A DNA stretch of 64,000 nt, taken from contig JBEBGD010000020.1 in the NCBI GenBank assembly GCA_040081625.1, forward strand, positions 1 through 64,000, in the 5' to 3' direction. The DNA is from Chthoniobacteraceae bacterium. Lineage in GTDB: Bacteria > Verrucomicrobiota > Verrucomicrobiia > Chthoniobacterales > Chthoniobacteraceae. Below the pieces are notes generated by a model that was given only the letters and a program-made list of their open reading frames with translations, was not told the DNA's origin and did not search any database. Below, in pieces: positions 31,601 to 40,100 of the stretch. Position 1 is the first letter of the stretch, and each line of letters begins with the position of its first letter. The position numbers and the translations under genes were made by a program.

Positions 31601-33300
31601 ACCGGCGTCGCAAACTGCACCGTGATGGCGGGTCCGCCTCCTTGCACGGTCAGGCTTGGGAAGGTCGTGTTTATCAGCGTGTTCGAGGCGTTGTAAGTCC
31701 GGCGGTAGAACCCACCGAGGTTTTGCGAACTGCCATAGCGGATGGACTGCCCGGCTGTGCTCGTGTCGTCGATCGCCACGTCGCCGCCGTCGCCGCCCGA
31801 GATGAACGTCCAGACCGATGAACCCTGCGCCGTCTGGATGTGCGTGCCGTTGTCCTGCGTGCCCACCATGCCCACATGCGCGACGCTGTCGTAGGCCACG
31901 TCGTGAACTTCCACCACGGCGAGGTTGCCGATCACCGAACTCCACACGCCGGCGCTCGATTGCGGCGAGGTGCGCCGATACAGGCCGCCGTCGTCGCCCT
32001 GGATCAAGTTTCCGTTCGCATCCATGAGCATCTCGCGGGAGTCGGCGTGCGGCGCAGTGTTGCCGCCGTTGGCATTCATGATCGTTGTGAACTGGGTCCC
32101 CAAACCCAGCGAAGCGTCGCCGCGGAAAAGATTCCCGGTAAATGGAGACCCGGCGATGCGGTCGCCTCCGATATACACGAAGTTCGGGCTGTTTCGGTCA
32201 GCCGCGATCGAGAAGTGAATCTGCCCCTGGCCGCCGTTGTGCGCGACCGGCGTATCCATCTGCGTCCACGTGGTGCCGAGGCTCGTCGAGCGCCATACGC
32301 TCGCGAGGAAGTTTGAATTGATCACCGCGACGAACACCGCGTTGGTCGTGCCGTTATTGTGCACTCCCATCTCGATTTTCGTCGTCGTGCCGGTGATCCC
32401 GGTGATGTTCCCGGTCACATTCGTCCAAGTCGCGCCGGTATCGTCGCTGCGGAAAATCCCCGCCGTGCGCACGGCTGCATAAAAGCGGTTCGGAACATTC
32501 GGGTCCGCCACGATGTCGCTCACAGAACCCGTCGGGAGCCCGTTGGTGCCGGAGACGAGCGCAAACGACCCTCCGGTATTCGTGCTGCGAAACAGTCCGC
32601 TCCCACTTCCCCCGCCCCACTGGCTGTCGGACCCCGCCATGATGATGCTGCCGCGCGCCGCGACGCTGAGCAGGTTCTCGGTGGCAAACTGGGTGCCAAG
32701 AGTCGTCCATGTGTTGCCGCCATCCGTTGTCCGCAGCACACCGATGCGCGCGCCGCCGACCGCGCCGAAGCTGCTCGTTCGCGCACTGCCGGCGACGAGC
32801 GTTTGGAACGTCGGATCGGTGAGGTCGAACTCCAGCGAGCCGACCGACAGCGACGCAAGATTGTCCGTCAGCGGGGTCCACGTCGGGCTTGCAGCAGTGG
32901 CGTTGGAGGTGCGCCAGACGCCGCCGTTGACCGCGCCGAGGTAGAGAATGTTCGGGTCAGTCGGATGCACCGCGATCGCCTGGATCGCACCGCACACTTC
33001 GTTGTTCGGCGGAACAGCGACCTGCGCATTTCTCGTCGGCGCCGGCCCGAGCGGATTCCACAGCCCTCCCACCACGGTGGTCGGTGCCGGCGGTGCATCG
33101 GCAGCGAACGCAGGCGTTGCACCCGGGTTCGTGATGATCTCTGGTGCAGCCGCAGTCGGCGGAGGCGCCGGATCTTGAGCCACGCTCCGCGCGCCGGGCA
33201 GCAGCCCATTTATTAAGCAGATACAAAGCGCCATTCGCCGGAGCAAGCCGCGGCAGTTCTGGTTTGGCGCGGTAGCTTCAACGGTCGTCGGGTCCATCAT
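25606..33300 (-). CDS. Large secreted protein (2564 aa): BNR/sortilin-like beta-propeller, cadherin-like domain, 6 Calx-beta alternating with 5 'PxND' beta-sandwich domains, Lys-rich C-terminal domain
   Basis: Asp-box repeats (TTDGGNTW, SDDTGATW, STNTGGSW); Calx-beta 'DGSAxAxxDY...F.DGE'; start could be 33234. Confidence 0.85.
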   Translation of the reverse strand: MMDPTTVEATAPNQNCRGLLRRMALCICLINGLLPGARSVAQDPAPPPTAAAPEIITNPGATPAFAADAPPAPTTVVGGLWNPLGPAPTRNAQVAVPPNNEVCGAIQAIAVHPTDPNILYLGAVNGGVWRTSNATAASPTWTPLTDNLASLSVGSLEFDLTDPTFQTLVAGSARTSSFGAVGGARIGVLRTTDGGNTWTTLGTQFATENLLSVAARGSIIMAGSDSQWGGGSGSGLFRSTNTGGSFALVSGTNGLPTGSVSDIVADPNVPNRFYAAVRTAGIFRSDDTGATWTNVTGNITGITGTTTKIEMGVHNNGTTNAVFVAVINSNFLASVWRSTSLGTTWTQMDTPVAHNGGQGQIHFSIAADRNSPNFVYIGGDRIAGSPFTGNLFRGDASLGLGTQFTTIMNANGGNTAPHADSREMLMDANGNLIQGDDGGLYRRTSPQSSAGVWSSVIGNLAVVEVHDVAYDSVAHVGMVGTQDNGTHIQTAQGSSVWTFISGGDGGDVAIDDTSTAGQSIRYGSSQNLGGFYRRTYNASNTLINTTFPSLTVQGGGPAITVQFATPVELNKIDPTRLIIGGSNSAYESLDRGNTITALQSGGVNGTFTGKPIAYGGRRLGVSNPDVLYYGSSTTVRVRTTAGGAINPTAAPFPGGNIQDIVLDRNDWQHVFVAGSSTVHVSTNTGGSWTNITGDLTGVGALHTLEFFPFGAADCVAVGTDTGVYCSFVGNLGTWFKLGSGFPNAVVYDMTYNPIDQVLVVGTMGRGSFLLTIDVALVVMTSSGNITYVANQVPLAIDPGLTLSYSGGSNLTGATVAITGNFNTGEDVLAFGNQNGITGNYDGGTGVLTLTGTATLANYEAALRSVSYFNSNPTPSTAVRTVTFTALDNTNSGSATRSIDVVFPGTIRFSQATQSVNAQDGMAILQVDRLGGSVGAVSVTYNTADGSAFAPADYAASINQVLNFADGENVQFIQVPVILQATVQFPKTFTVELSNPTGGATLGATTQAAVTIVDNRPPPNDDFADAQTITGGSGSVQGFDINSTSESDAEFSVLGPVVWYKWVAPTSGQVAFTVTGNGAHFAEILRGTGVPTLQFVSGQLLGKTAAISVVAGATYYIALGGGQGAFTLSWQTTTTGVFELSGFRAFFDPPTGRRPPLLIANEEGGSLTIGVRRVGSVTGTVTVVCSVVEDAADEFPFANAIAGSDFTPTSVTVAFLPGESLKLVTLPIADDLTVEASEDLVVGLSTPTGATLLGNVTRLPLVIFDNEGDPANDDVANAQPIFGVSGLVIGDNRLADPEMTEPPFSDDAAGRSVWYSWVAPLSGTAEFVATVGVRDRVAITDVFSADVGGLTLVASTAGKGRFSAIAGQAYMVRVDSLASQQFFGITKLRWSVAPGGIISFQQSSYSTREAGGDSIFQLPLQRTGGIGSGASVEIVTFDAPAISDTPTTAGQYAGLSRTVVFEPGESIKLVDITIHHTTAAPGDTSFDVILGNPTGALLGGITITRVTIGDFDDNPANNEFAARTTLAGASGSSPGTTAGADLEPGEPAHGFNSVWYSWTAPAGGLATFSLGGTSMMSQPTVAVYSGTAIGSLTPVAQGAGSASFVATALTTYVIAITEADQFGNPSAFTLGYSLNAAGSLISIAGTSVSVTEDVAGGNLEVTLTRTGSTAGTSSVDFQTFDDTAAAGSDYTASTGTVTFNPTDVTKTIAIPITNDSMVEADERFTVELSNAQGAALSPNATTEIAVTIADDDVVPAPPANDAFANAATLSGSNPIVAGFTDGATIEAGEPGSPNQSVWFKWTAPATGAATVSVGDAGHTFNVFTGSSLADLTPVSNFIGTTFSTASGTTFFIQVNALSGANPNFVVTLNFTGAGVFRFATSGLEVNEDAGSATITILRTNGSAGAVTVRFSTMGLTATSGADFTSSPATVNFADGITSQTASVPISNDALLEGDETISLLLTDATGGALVGYGPGDIVALTINDDEDSPANDAFAGALGLSGPFGTAFGDNSGASRQSGEPAHAGTGTGASIWFRWTAPATGAVTFSTAGSAISTAVAAYTGAAVNALTEVANSSGTPGEINFAATKGGIYVIAVDGTAASRGDITLTWDLVLPGVIQFNPASYAVDEASPSVMITVVREVGADDAVSVHFTTVDGSAIAGQDYTATSGDLNFADGETTMTITVPLINDTLFETAEGFSVVLSAPTNGATLGTATTAAVVITSGDSYAPDAVNFAALVNRGGPFATSGCLTLKQSATGSFTGKLILGGKTVALKGGFDAQGSALVAVARKGAPALAIAMQLTDDGQTLNGHVYDNSFDSTFSGESSFYDGKTRLYPQAGPFTLAALPTSVGVGIPQGFGTATMAVSTNGTFKIKAGQLGDSTKLTGSGFIAQSGKAHFYSLLYGKQGAVGGVLCFRDQPLTDADGTLDWFKPANLRGQKFFVPGFTTTLNFVASIFAPRGANARIDSAFDADNGDSAIALRDGNLAAPLSFGGSLDTKNKIAVTTPLPFALGGNGKTGAFSASFTQPGRRKTACKGVFLQKSDEALGQFFGVSQSGSVRVVPAGP

Positions 33301-33423
33301 AGTCGGAGAGTTGCTGAGGTGATAATGCTGCCACGAGCGGAGCGTGGGCCAGGTCCGCGCAGACTGCGGGGCGCCCGGCGCTTGTCGATTAAATATCTTC
33401 CAGCCCCGCCGCCTCGCAGCGCG

Positions 33424-36400
33424 TCAGTTTTCCCAGATCCGCGTGCGGAAAAACTGCTGATCGCCGATGCGCGGACCGGTGACCGACGCAGGGCCGCCGG
33501 GGTGCGGCAGGCCGGCATTGCCGGGGACATTCCAGGGCAGCCACATCTGCAAGTCGATGGAGGTCTCGACCTGGAATGAGCGGTTCGCGGGGAGGTTCAG
33601 GTCGATCCAGACGTTGCCGCCGGGAAGGCTGAGCTGCGGCGCGAAACTGCTGCCGGGAATGAGCGGCGCAGTGCCGGCGAGAAACTCGTGCCGGTTTTTC
33701 TTTCCATCGAAGTCGGCATCGAATTCGGGATCGCCCTCGGGTGACGTGTCGTTCCCGAAATTCGCGATGCGCCATTGCGCGTAGGTCTGCTGCGCCGGGA
33801 GCGCGGCATTGATCCACTCGGTGAGCAGCGCGATGGCGCCGGGGTCGAGTTCGTTGCTGCCGAGCGGCGGCATGCGGCTGAAGCCGTTCGTCACCGCGAC
33901 GCGATTGAGCACGATCGAGTGCGTGGTGTCGCCGGGGACGATGAGACGGTTGAGCGGATCGACGCCGCTCTGCGTGGCGGTGCCATTGATGAGGCCGGTT
34001 TGCGCGAGCGTGAGCGGCGCGCGCGCATCCCACGTTGGCGGCGTGCTGCCGCCGGCCATGTGGCAGTTCGCGCAGTTCACATCGAGATACGCGCGCACGC
34101 GGGCTTCGACGGGGAATTGCGTCTCGTCGGCGCGGATGTGGCGCGGCAGCAGGTTCGGCGACTCCGGCGTGTTGGAGAAGTAGCCCGCGTTCTGCAGCAG
34201 CGTGAGCTGGTTGCCGATGAAGTTGTGGATGTTCTCCGTGCGGTTGAGCTGCCGGGTGTTGAAGGACAGCGCGTGCCCGGCGGGCGGGTTGTGACAGGAG
34301 ATGCACTCGCTCCGGCTTGGGATGCGGTAGTGCTGCATGCCGACACCGGCGATGTTGATGTCGAACTCCTCGCCCGCATCGCCGACGAGCGTGGCCTCCG
34401 TCTGCGCCGGGTTCCAGCGGTAGCTCACGCCATAGACGCCGGCCGCGTTCTTCACCAACAGCCGCGTTTCGATCCGCTGCGCCGTGGCGGGATTGCCGCG
34501 CGTGGTCTCGAGATCGAAGTGCTTCACCCAGATCATCCCATCCGGGAAAGTCCACGCGCCTTCGCGGCTCCACGTCATCGTGCTCACGGCGTCGGGGATC
34601 ACGAACCAGCGGCGCTTGATCGCGTAGTCGCTCCAGAACGAAACGTTCGGCGTGATCGGCAGCACGCCCGGCGCGGGCGAGAGATCGCTCACGTCGGCGA
34701 AAATCCCGGTCTCGCTCAGCGTCGCGGGATAATTTCCGCCGCCGGCGCCGGTGACGAGCCGGTAAATGCGCCCTTCGGCGTAGTCCATCATCAGCACGTC
34801 GCCATTCGATGGATCGGGACGGAACGCGACCTGCCCGCCATTGCCGGTGAGCCGCACGACCGTCACCGCGGGCGTGCGCCGCAGCGCCCAGATGTGACCA
34901 TCCACGTAGTCGCCGAAAATGTAGGCGCCGGTGAGATCGGGCAAATTCGTGCCGCGATAGACGAAGCCCCCGGTGACCGAGTGCCCCTGGAACTCGCCGT
35001 TGCCGAGCGCGTATTCATAGAGCGGATCGGTGTAGGTGAAGCCCGGCAGCGCCTCTCCCGCATTCGGCCCGGCAATCGTTCCCTCGCGCCACGACCATCC
35101 GAAGTTCGCGCCATTCGTGGCGAGATTGATCTCCTCGCGCTCGAGCTGCCCCACATCGCCGACCCAGATTTCCCCCGTCGGTGCGTCGATGGAAAAGCGG
35201 AACGGATTTCGCAGCCCGACGGAAAAGAACTCCGAGCGCACAGTCGAGGCGACGAGGTTCTGGCCATTGAAGACGACGTTGTCGGTCGGGTTCGGGCGGA
35301 CGAACGGATTGTCCGCCGGCACTTTGTAAGCAGCGACGCCCGCGTAAAGCGGCACCGATGCGTGGCTGTTCGGTTCCACATTCGCGGGCAGGCGATCCAC
35401 GTCGAGCCGCAGCAGCGCGCAGTGGAAATCGAGGTCGATGCGCTGGCCGTAGCGGCGCGAGTCGAACTGCTCGCCGCCATCACCGCTCGAGACATAGAGG
35501 TATCCATCCGGGCCGAAGTGCATGTCGGTGCCGAGGTGATAGCCGAACGGGTCCGCCTGCTCGATGAGCACGACTTCCGAAGCCGTGTCCGCGGCGTTCG
35601 GATTTCCCGCCTGCACATTGAAACGCGAGATGCGGTAGAAAAACGGCCCGCCCGCGCCGATGCGCACCGAATACCAGACGAAGAAGCGCCCGTTCGCCGC
35701 GTGCTGCGGGTGGAAAGCCATGCTCATCAGTCCGCGATCCGGCGAGCTGCCGATCGACTCGCCGCGCGATGCGCAGAGCGCCGCGAGATTGAAGAACGTG
35801 GAGGATGTCGGCGACGGCGCGGCGACGTTCGGGATCATCCGGATCACGCCCGCGCGCTCGATCACGAAAAGCCGCTGCGTGTCGCCCGGCGCGGTCGCCA
35901 TGTTCACGGCCTGATTCGCATTGAAAGTGAGCGCGCCAAACGCGGGCGCGGTCGTGTAGGTCGTCGTGGGCGGCGTGGCCGGCACGTTGAGCGTCGAATT
36001 CGGAATCCGCAGCGTGTTCGAGAAAGCGAGGTTCACCGTCGTGTCCGCCGACGTGCCGAGCGGCCCGCTCACGCGATAGGTGAAGCTGTCGCCCGCCGGC
36101 GAACCCGTCGTGTGCGTGTAAAGAATCTGCCCGCCGCTCACCACCGCCGTGCCGGAGCCGGGCGGCGTCACGACCGCGAGCGTCGCGGGCGTGATGCTGC
36201 CGGTGTCGTTCGCGAGCACGTTCACGCGCACCTTCTGCCCGTGATGCAGCGTCGCCGCGTCCGCCTGCCCGCCCGGCGGCTGGATGTCTGCTCCCGCGGC
36301 GAAGCTCGCGCTCACTTCCCCGGCGCTGAACGCGTGATCGTAGATCCGCACCTCGTCGTAGGCGGCGTTGGTCGTCGAGTTCGCCGACCACTGCGAACGG

Positions 36401-37107
36401 CCGAGCCAGTTGTTCACGTCCTCGATCGCGCTCAGCGCGAAAGCCGTGCTGCCCGTGCCGACGAGCGCGCCATTGCGATACCACGCCGTCGTCGTGCCCG
36501 CGCCGTTGCTCTGCACGGTGATGACGTAGTGATACGTCGTTCCCAGCGTTGTGCTGAGCGAGCTGGAGATCGCCGACTGAAATCCGCCGTCGATCATCAC
36601 AACCTGATATTGCGAGTTGATGTTCATCGCCTGGTTGAACGAGCAGCCGAGCAAGTCGCTGCCCTGCGAGTTCACCGGTCCGCCCACCGCGTCGCCCGTC
36701 CACTCGCCCGGCGCGCCGTCGCCCGCGATGTTCATGCGACCGAACTCGAAAAGCGGCTGCCAGTTTTGCACGGTGATCGGCGCCGCCCAGATCTCGACGG
36801 TGATGCTCGTCTTCGACGACGCGATCCCGTTCGGCAGGTCGAGGTAAGCCGAGATGGTCGAGTTCGGATTCGCGCTCGTCGTCGTGCCCGGCAGCACCAT
36901 GCGCGAGCCATCGAGCGCCGCGCCACCCCCGCGCACCGTCATCGGCAGGCCCGAGACCGAGTCATTGAAAACCGTCCCGTTCGGCGCCGCGGCCGCCGCC
37001 GCGTTAAACGACCATCGATTCACCAATTCCGCCCGCGCCGGAAACACCGGAAGGAGCAGAGCGGCAGCGAGAACGAGGGCGATTCTCATCTGAAAGACAT
37101 GGTTCAT
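33424..37107 (-). CDS. Secreted LamG + Ig + glucose/sorbosone (PQQ-type) dehydrogenase + di-heme cytochrome c protein with conserved C-terminal tail
   Basis: Signal peptide ending 'PARA'; LamG 'YDEVRIYDHAFS'; GSDH 'FGPDGYLYVSSGDGG', 'GLRNPFRFS' and 'SVTGGFVYRG'; CISCH (34291-34305) and CANCH (34060-34074); start 37107 chosen from promoter spacing, 37089 is the alternative. Confidence 0.85.
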   Translation of the reverse strand: MNHVFQMRIALVLAAALLLPVFPARAELVNRWSFNAAAAAAPNGTVFNDSVSGLPMTVRGGGAALDGSRMVLPGTTTSANPNSTISAYLDLPNGIASSKTSITVEIWAAPITVQNWQPLFEFGRMNIAGDGAPGEWTGDAVGGPVNSQGSDLLGCSFNQAMNINSQYQVVMIDGGFQSAISSSLSTTLGTTYHYVITVQSNGAGTTTAWYRNGALVGTGSTAFALSAIEDVNNWLGRSQWSANSTTNAAYDEVRIYDHAFSAGEVSASFAAGADIQPPGGQADAATLHHGQKVRVNVLANDTGSITPATLAVVTPPGSGTAVVSGGQILYTHTTGSPAGDSFTYRVSGPLGTSADTTVNLAFSNTLRIPNSTLNVPATPPTTTYTTAPAFGALTFNANQAVNMATAPGDTQRLFVIERAGVIRMIPNVAAPSPTSSTFFNLAALCASRGESIGSSPDRGLMSMAFHPQHAANGRFFVWYSVRIGAGGPFFYRISRFNVQAGNPNAADTASEVVLIEQADPFGYHLGTDMHFGPDGYLYVSSGDGGEQFDSRRYGQRIDLDFHCALLRLDVDRLPANVEPNSHASVPLYAGVAAYKVPADNPFVRPNPTDNVVFNGQNLVASTVRSEFFSVGLRNPFRFSIDAPTGEIWVGDVGQLEREEINLATNGANFGWSWREGTIAGPNAGEALPGFTYTDPLYEYALGNGEFQGHSVTGGFVYRGTNLPDLTGAYIFGDYVDGHIWALRRTPAVTVVRLTGNGGQVAFRPDPSNGDVLMMDYAEGRIYRLVTGAGGGNYPATLSETGIFADVSDLSPAPGVLPITPNVSFWSDYAIKRRWFVIPDAVSTMTWSREGAWTFPDGMIWVKHFDLETTRGNPATAQRIETRLLVKNAAGVYGVSYRWNPAQTEATLVGDAGEEFDINIAGVGMQHYRIPSRSECISCHNPPAGHALSFNTRQLNRTENIHNFIGNQLTLLQNAGYFSNTPESPNLLPRHIRADETQFPVEARVRAYLDVNCANCHMAGGSTPPTWDARAPLTLAQTGLINGTATQSGVDPLNRLIVPGDTTHSIVLNRVAVTNGFSRMPPLGSNELDPGAIALLTEWINAALPAQQTYAQWRIANFGNDTSPEGDPEFDADFDGKKNRHEFLAGTAPLIPGSSFAPQLSLPGGNVWIDLNLPANRSFQVETSIDLQMWLPWNVPGNAGLPHPGGPASVTGPRIGDQQFFRTRIWEN

Positions 37108-37111
37108 CCTC

Positions 37112-37142
37112 GGCTTTACGCAATTCGTCATCGGTTCGTTAC
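37112..37142 (-). promoter_or_regulatory. Putative ECF sigma promoter GTAAC-N17-CGTAA (copy 1)
   Basis: Minus strand GTAACGAACCGATGACGAATTGCGTAAAGCC, then 4 nt, then ATG 37107; same architecture as copy 2. Confidence 0.75.
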
Positions 37143-37180
37143 GCACGACTTCGCTCTGAGCCAAAACCACGCCGCGCCGC

Positions 37181-40100
37181 TCAGGGAGCGTGATTCTGCA
37201 AAATCGCGCGGAGGCGGTAGTAGGTGCGGTCGGCCGGCGCGGTGGTGGTGACGGCGACGCTTCGCAGCGTGCCGCCGCCTTCGCTCACGCCCGCAGGGCC
37301 GCCCGGGGTCGCGCCGTTGATGGAAGTGGCGAGCGGCGTCCAGGTGATGAGGTCGTCGCTTTCCTCGGCGATGAGCGTGACGCCGCGGGCATCCGCGTTG
37401 CGGATGAATCCAAGCTGCGCGGTGCGCGCCTCCGGCGGACCGATGAGATCGAGATCGAGTCCGCCCGGTGCCACGTAGTCGAGCAGGTTCGGCCGGCCGT
37501 CTTGATTCGCGTCGCCCAGCGGGTCGGTCGCAGCGGGATACGCGAGATCAGCGGCGCTGCGATTCGCGACCAGCCACGCAGCGTAGCTTTGCCCATCCAC
37601 GACGACAGGCACGGGCGCTGCGGCGTCGCCGAGGCTGGAGTTGGCGAGCAGTTGCACGGGGCCGAACTGGCCGGTGAGCGGCAGCGCATTGAGCACGGTG
37701 GAAGTCAGCGCGGGCGCGGGAGTGGCGAGGCGGAACCACTCGGCATCCACGACCACATCCGGCGTGCCGGCGGCGATGACGGTGCGGTTGTGATCGAAGG
37801 CGCTGAGCCCGCTGATGGCGTTGAAATGCGTGGCGGTGTTGATGCCGATTTGCAGCGTCGCGGGGAAATCCGCACGCGTGAAGCGCTGCTCGACGATCCA
37901 CTGCCCGCCGGGATGCTGGCGAAGCAGGACGATCGCGCTGCCGACGCGCACGAGTTGCATGGTGACCGTGTTTTCACCGAGCGGCACGCCCTGCGTGGAG
38001 GTGTAAAAGGTGCTGACACTGTTGGTGGTGTTCGAGACGATGCACTGCCATTGATTCGCGTTCGGCTGCGCGATGGGATCGGCGGTGCCGAAGTTGAACG
38101 CTACGCGATTTTCCGTGCCCGCAATCCAGTCGCTCCCGGGCGAGGCTCCCGCATTGGCGAAGGCGCGCGGCACGCGCACCATGAGGCCGCCGAAACTGAA
38201 GTTCGTGCTCGGCCGGCCTGCGGCGTCGTTGCGGCGGCTCACGTCCATCCGCACCGTCGCCACGAAGTCGCCGGTGACGGTGCGGAACACATACGGCCCG
38301 GCGTAATCCTGATACCAGCCGCTCGCCACGGGCATGAGCCGCATGTGACCGCTGCGCGTGGTGTTCACGTCCCACGTCGCGAGTTTGTCCGCGTTCCAGC
38401 CTTCGGTCTGGTGAAGCCGCTGCCAGTTCGCGAGGGAGCCTGCGTCTTGGAACTCATCGCCGAGCGACGCGAGCGGATCGATGACCGGCACGGGGCTGAC
38501 GTAATCCGCGCTGACCGGCAACGCCGCACGGCTCGCGACACCGCCCGCGCTCGCCGCGCCGATGTTCAGGCGCAAAGTCACGCTGCCATTGCCGGTGAAG
38601 CCGCCGAGGCGGGCGCGGTAGATCATGCCGCCGCCCTGCGGGATCAAGACGACCCACGTCGCTCCCGCGCTGCCGCCGACGATGAGATCGTCTTCCGCGA
38701 AGCCCGTGACCGCGGTGCTGAAGACGATGTCGAAGTCCACAAACGGCCAGCGCACCGGCGAGCCCTGGCCGACGCTCGGCGCGATGCTCACGAACGGCGC
38801 ATCCGCCGCATCCACGGTGACGGCGCTGCCATCGAGCGAGCGCAGATACGCGAGCAAGTTCGCGCGTTCACCCGCCGGCACGCTGCGATGCGGCACCGCG
38901 TCCACGAGATCGTTCAGCGTGCTCACCGTGAAGTGATCCACCGCCCAATCGCCGCCCGCGCGCAGGATCTCCACCGTGTTGTTCGCACCCGCGAGCAGCG
39001 GCACGTTTTCCGCGCGAGCCGTGCTCCAGAAGGTCGTGCGGAACGCGGGCGCATTGCCGGTGCCGACGAGCGTGACGGCGTGGGATTGTCCATTCACGCG
39101 GATGGTGGCCTGGCCGCCGGTGGTCGCGCTGTAGCGGATCTCCACCGCTCCGATCCCGCCGATGCCGCCGTCCACGTCGGTGCGCGTCGCGACGCCGTTG
39201 CTGTTGAGTTGCACGAGTCCGCCCATCACCGTGTTGTCCCAGTTGATGAAGACGTTGCCGTTCGCTCCGGTTTGAATCGTGCCGCCGGTGACGCTGCCAG
39301 CTTCCGCCTGATAGACCGTGCCACCCGCGACGGTGAACACATCGTCGAGCGTGCGCGCGGAGCCATCGTGGAAGAACGGCGCATTCGCCCACACCCCGCG
39401 CAACGTCGGCGCATCGATGCCGGTCAAGGCCGCGCCAAGCCGCTGGCCACTCGTGGTGCGCAGCGTGCCCACGTTGTGCAGCGCGTTCGTGCTGCTGTCG
39501 GTCAGCGCCGTGCCGCTGTGACATGAGACGCAGTTCATCGCGCTGAAGACCTGCCGGCCCGCCTCGGCGGCGACGGTGAGCGAGCCATCGGCAGCACGCG
39601 ATGGACTGCGCGGCAGATGCTCATTTCCGAGCGAGGTCACGTAGGCAGCGAGCGCATCGAGATCCGCGCTCTGGCCCGCCTTCGCAGCGCCGAGCGGATG
39701 CTGCGCGGCGGCGAACTGTTCGTTGGTCAGAAATCCGTTGCCGCCGAAGAAGCCGCGGATGTCGTTCTCGAAGTCCTGGACCTCGTCGAAATTCCCCGAC
39801 CAATGCACGCGGCCATGGCCGATGCCGGAGCGGCCGCGCAGTTCCACCGTGTTGCGCAGGCCTTCACCCCGCTGCGTGAAATCCCACACGCGACCATCCG
39901 AACCGCCGTCGGTGTGGCACGACGCGCAACTGATGTAGCCCTCGGCGCTCATGCGTTCATCGGCGTGGTAGAAGATGCGCTTGCCGAGCAGCACCGCGGC
40001 GCTCAGCGGCTCATTCGCGACCGTGCTCACCGTCGAGTTCGCCAGCGAGATACTGCCCGTGTCGAACAACGCCGCGGCAGGAACGACCGACAAACTGCGG

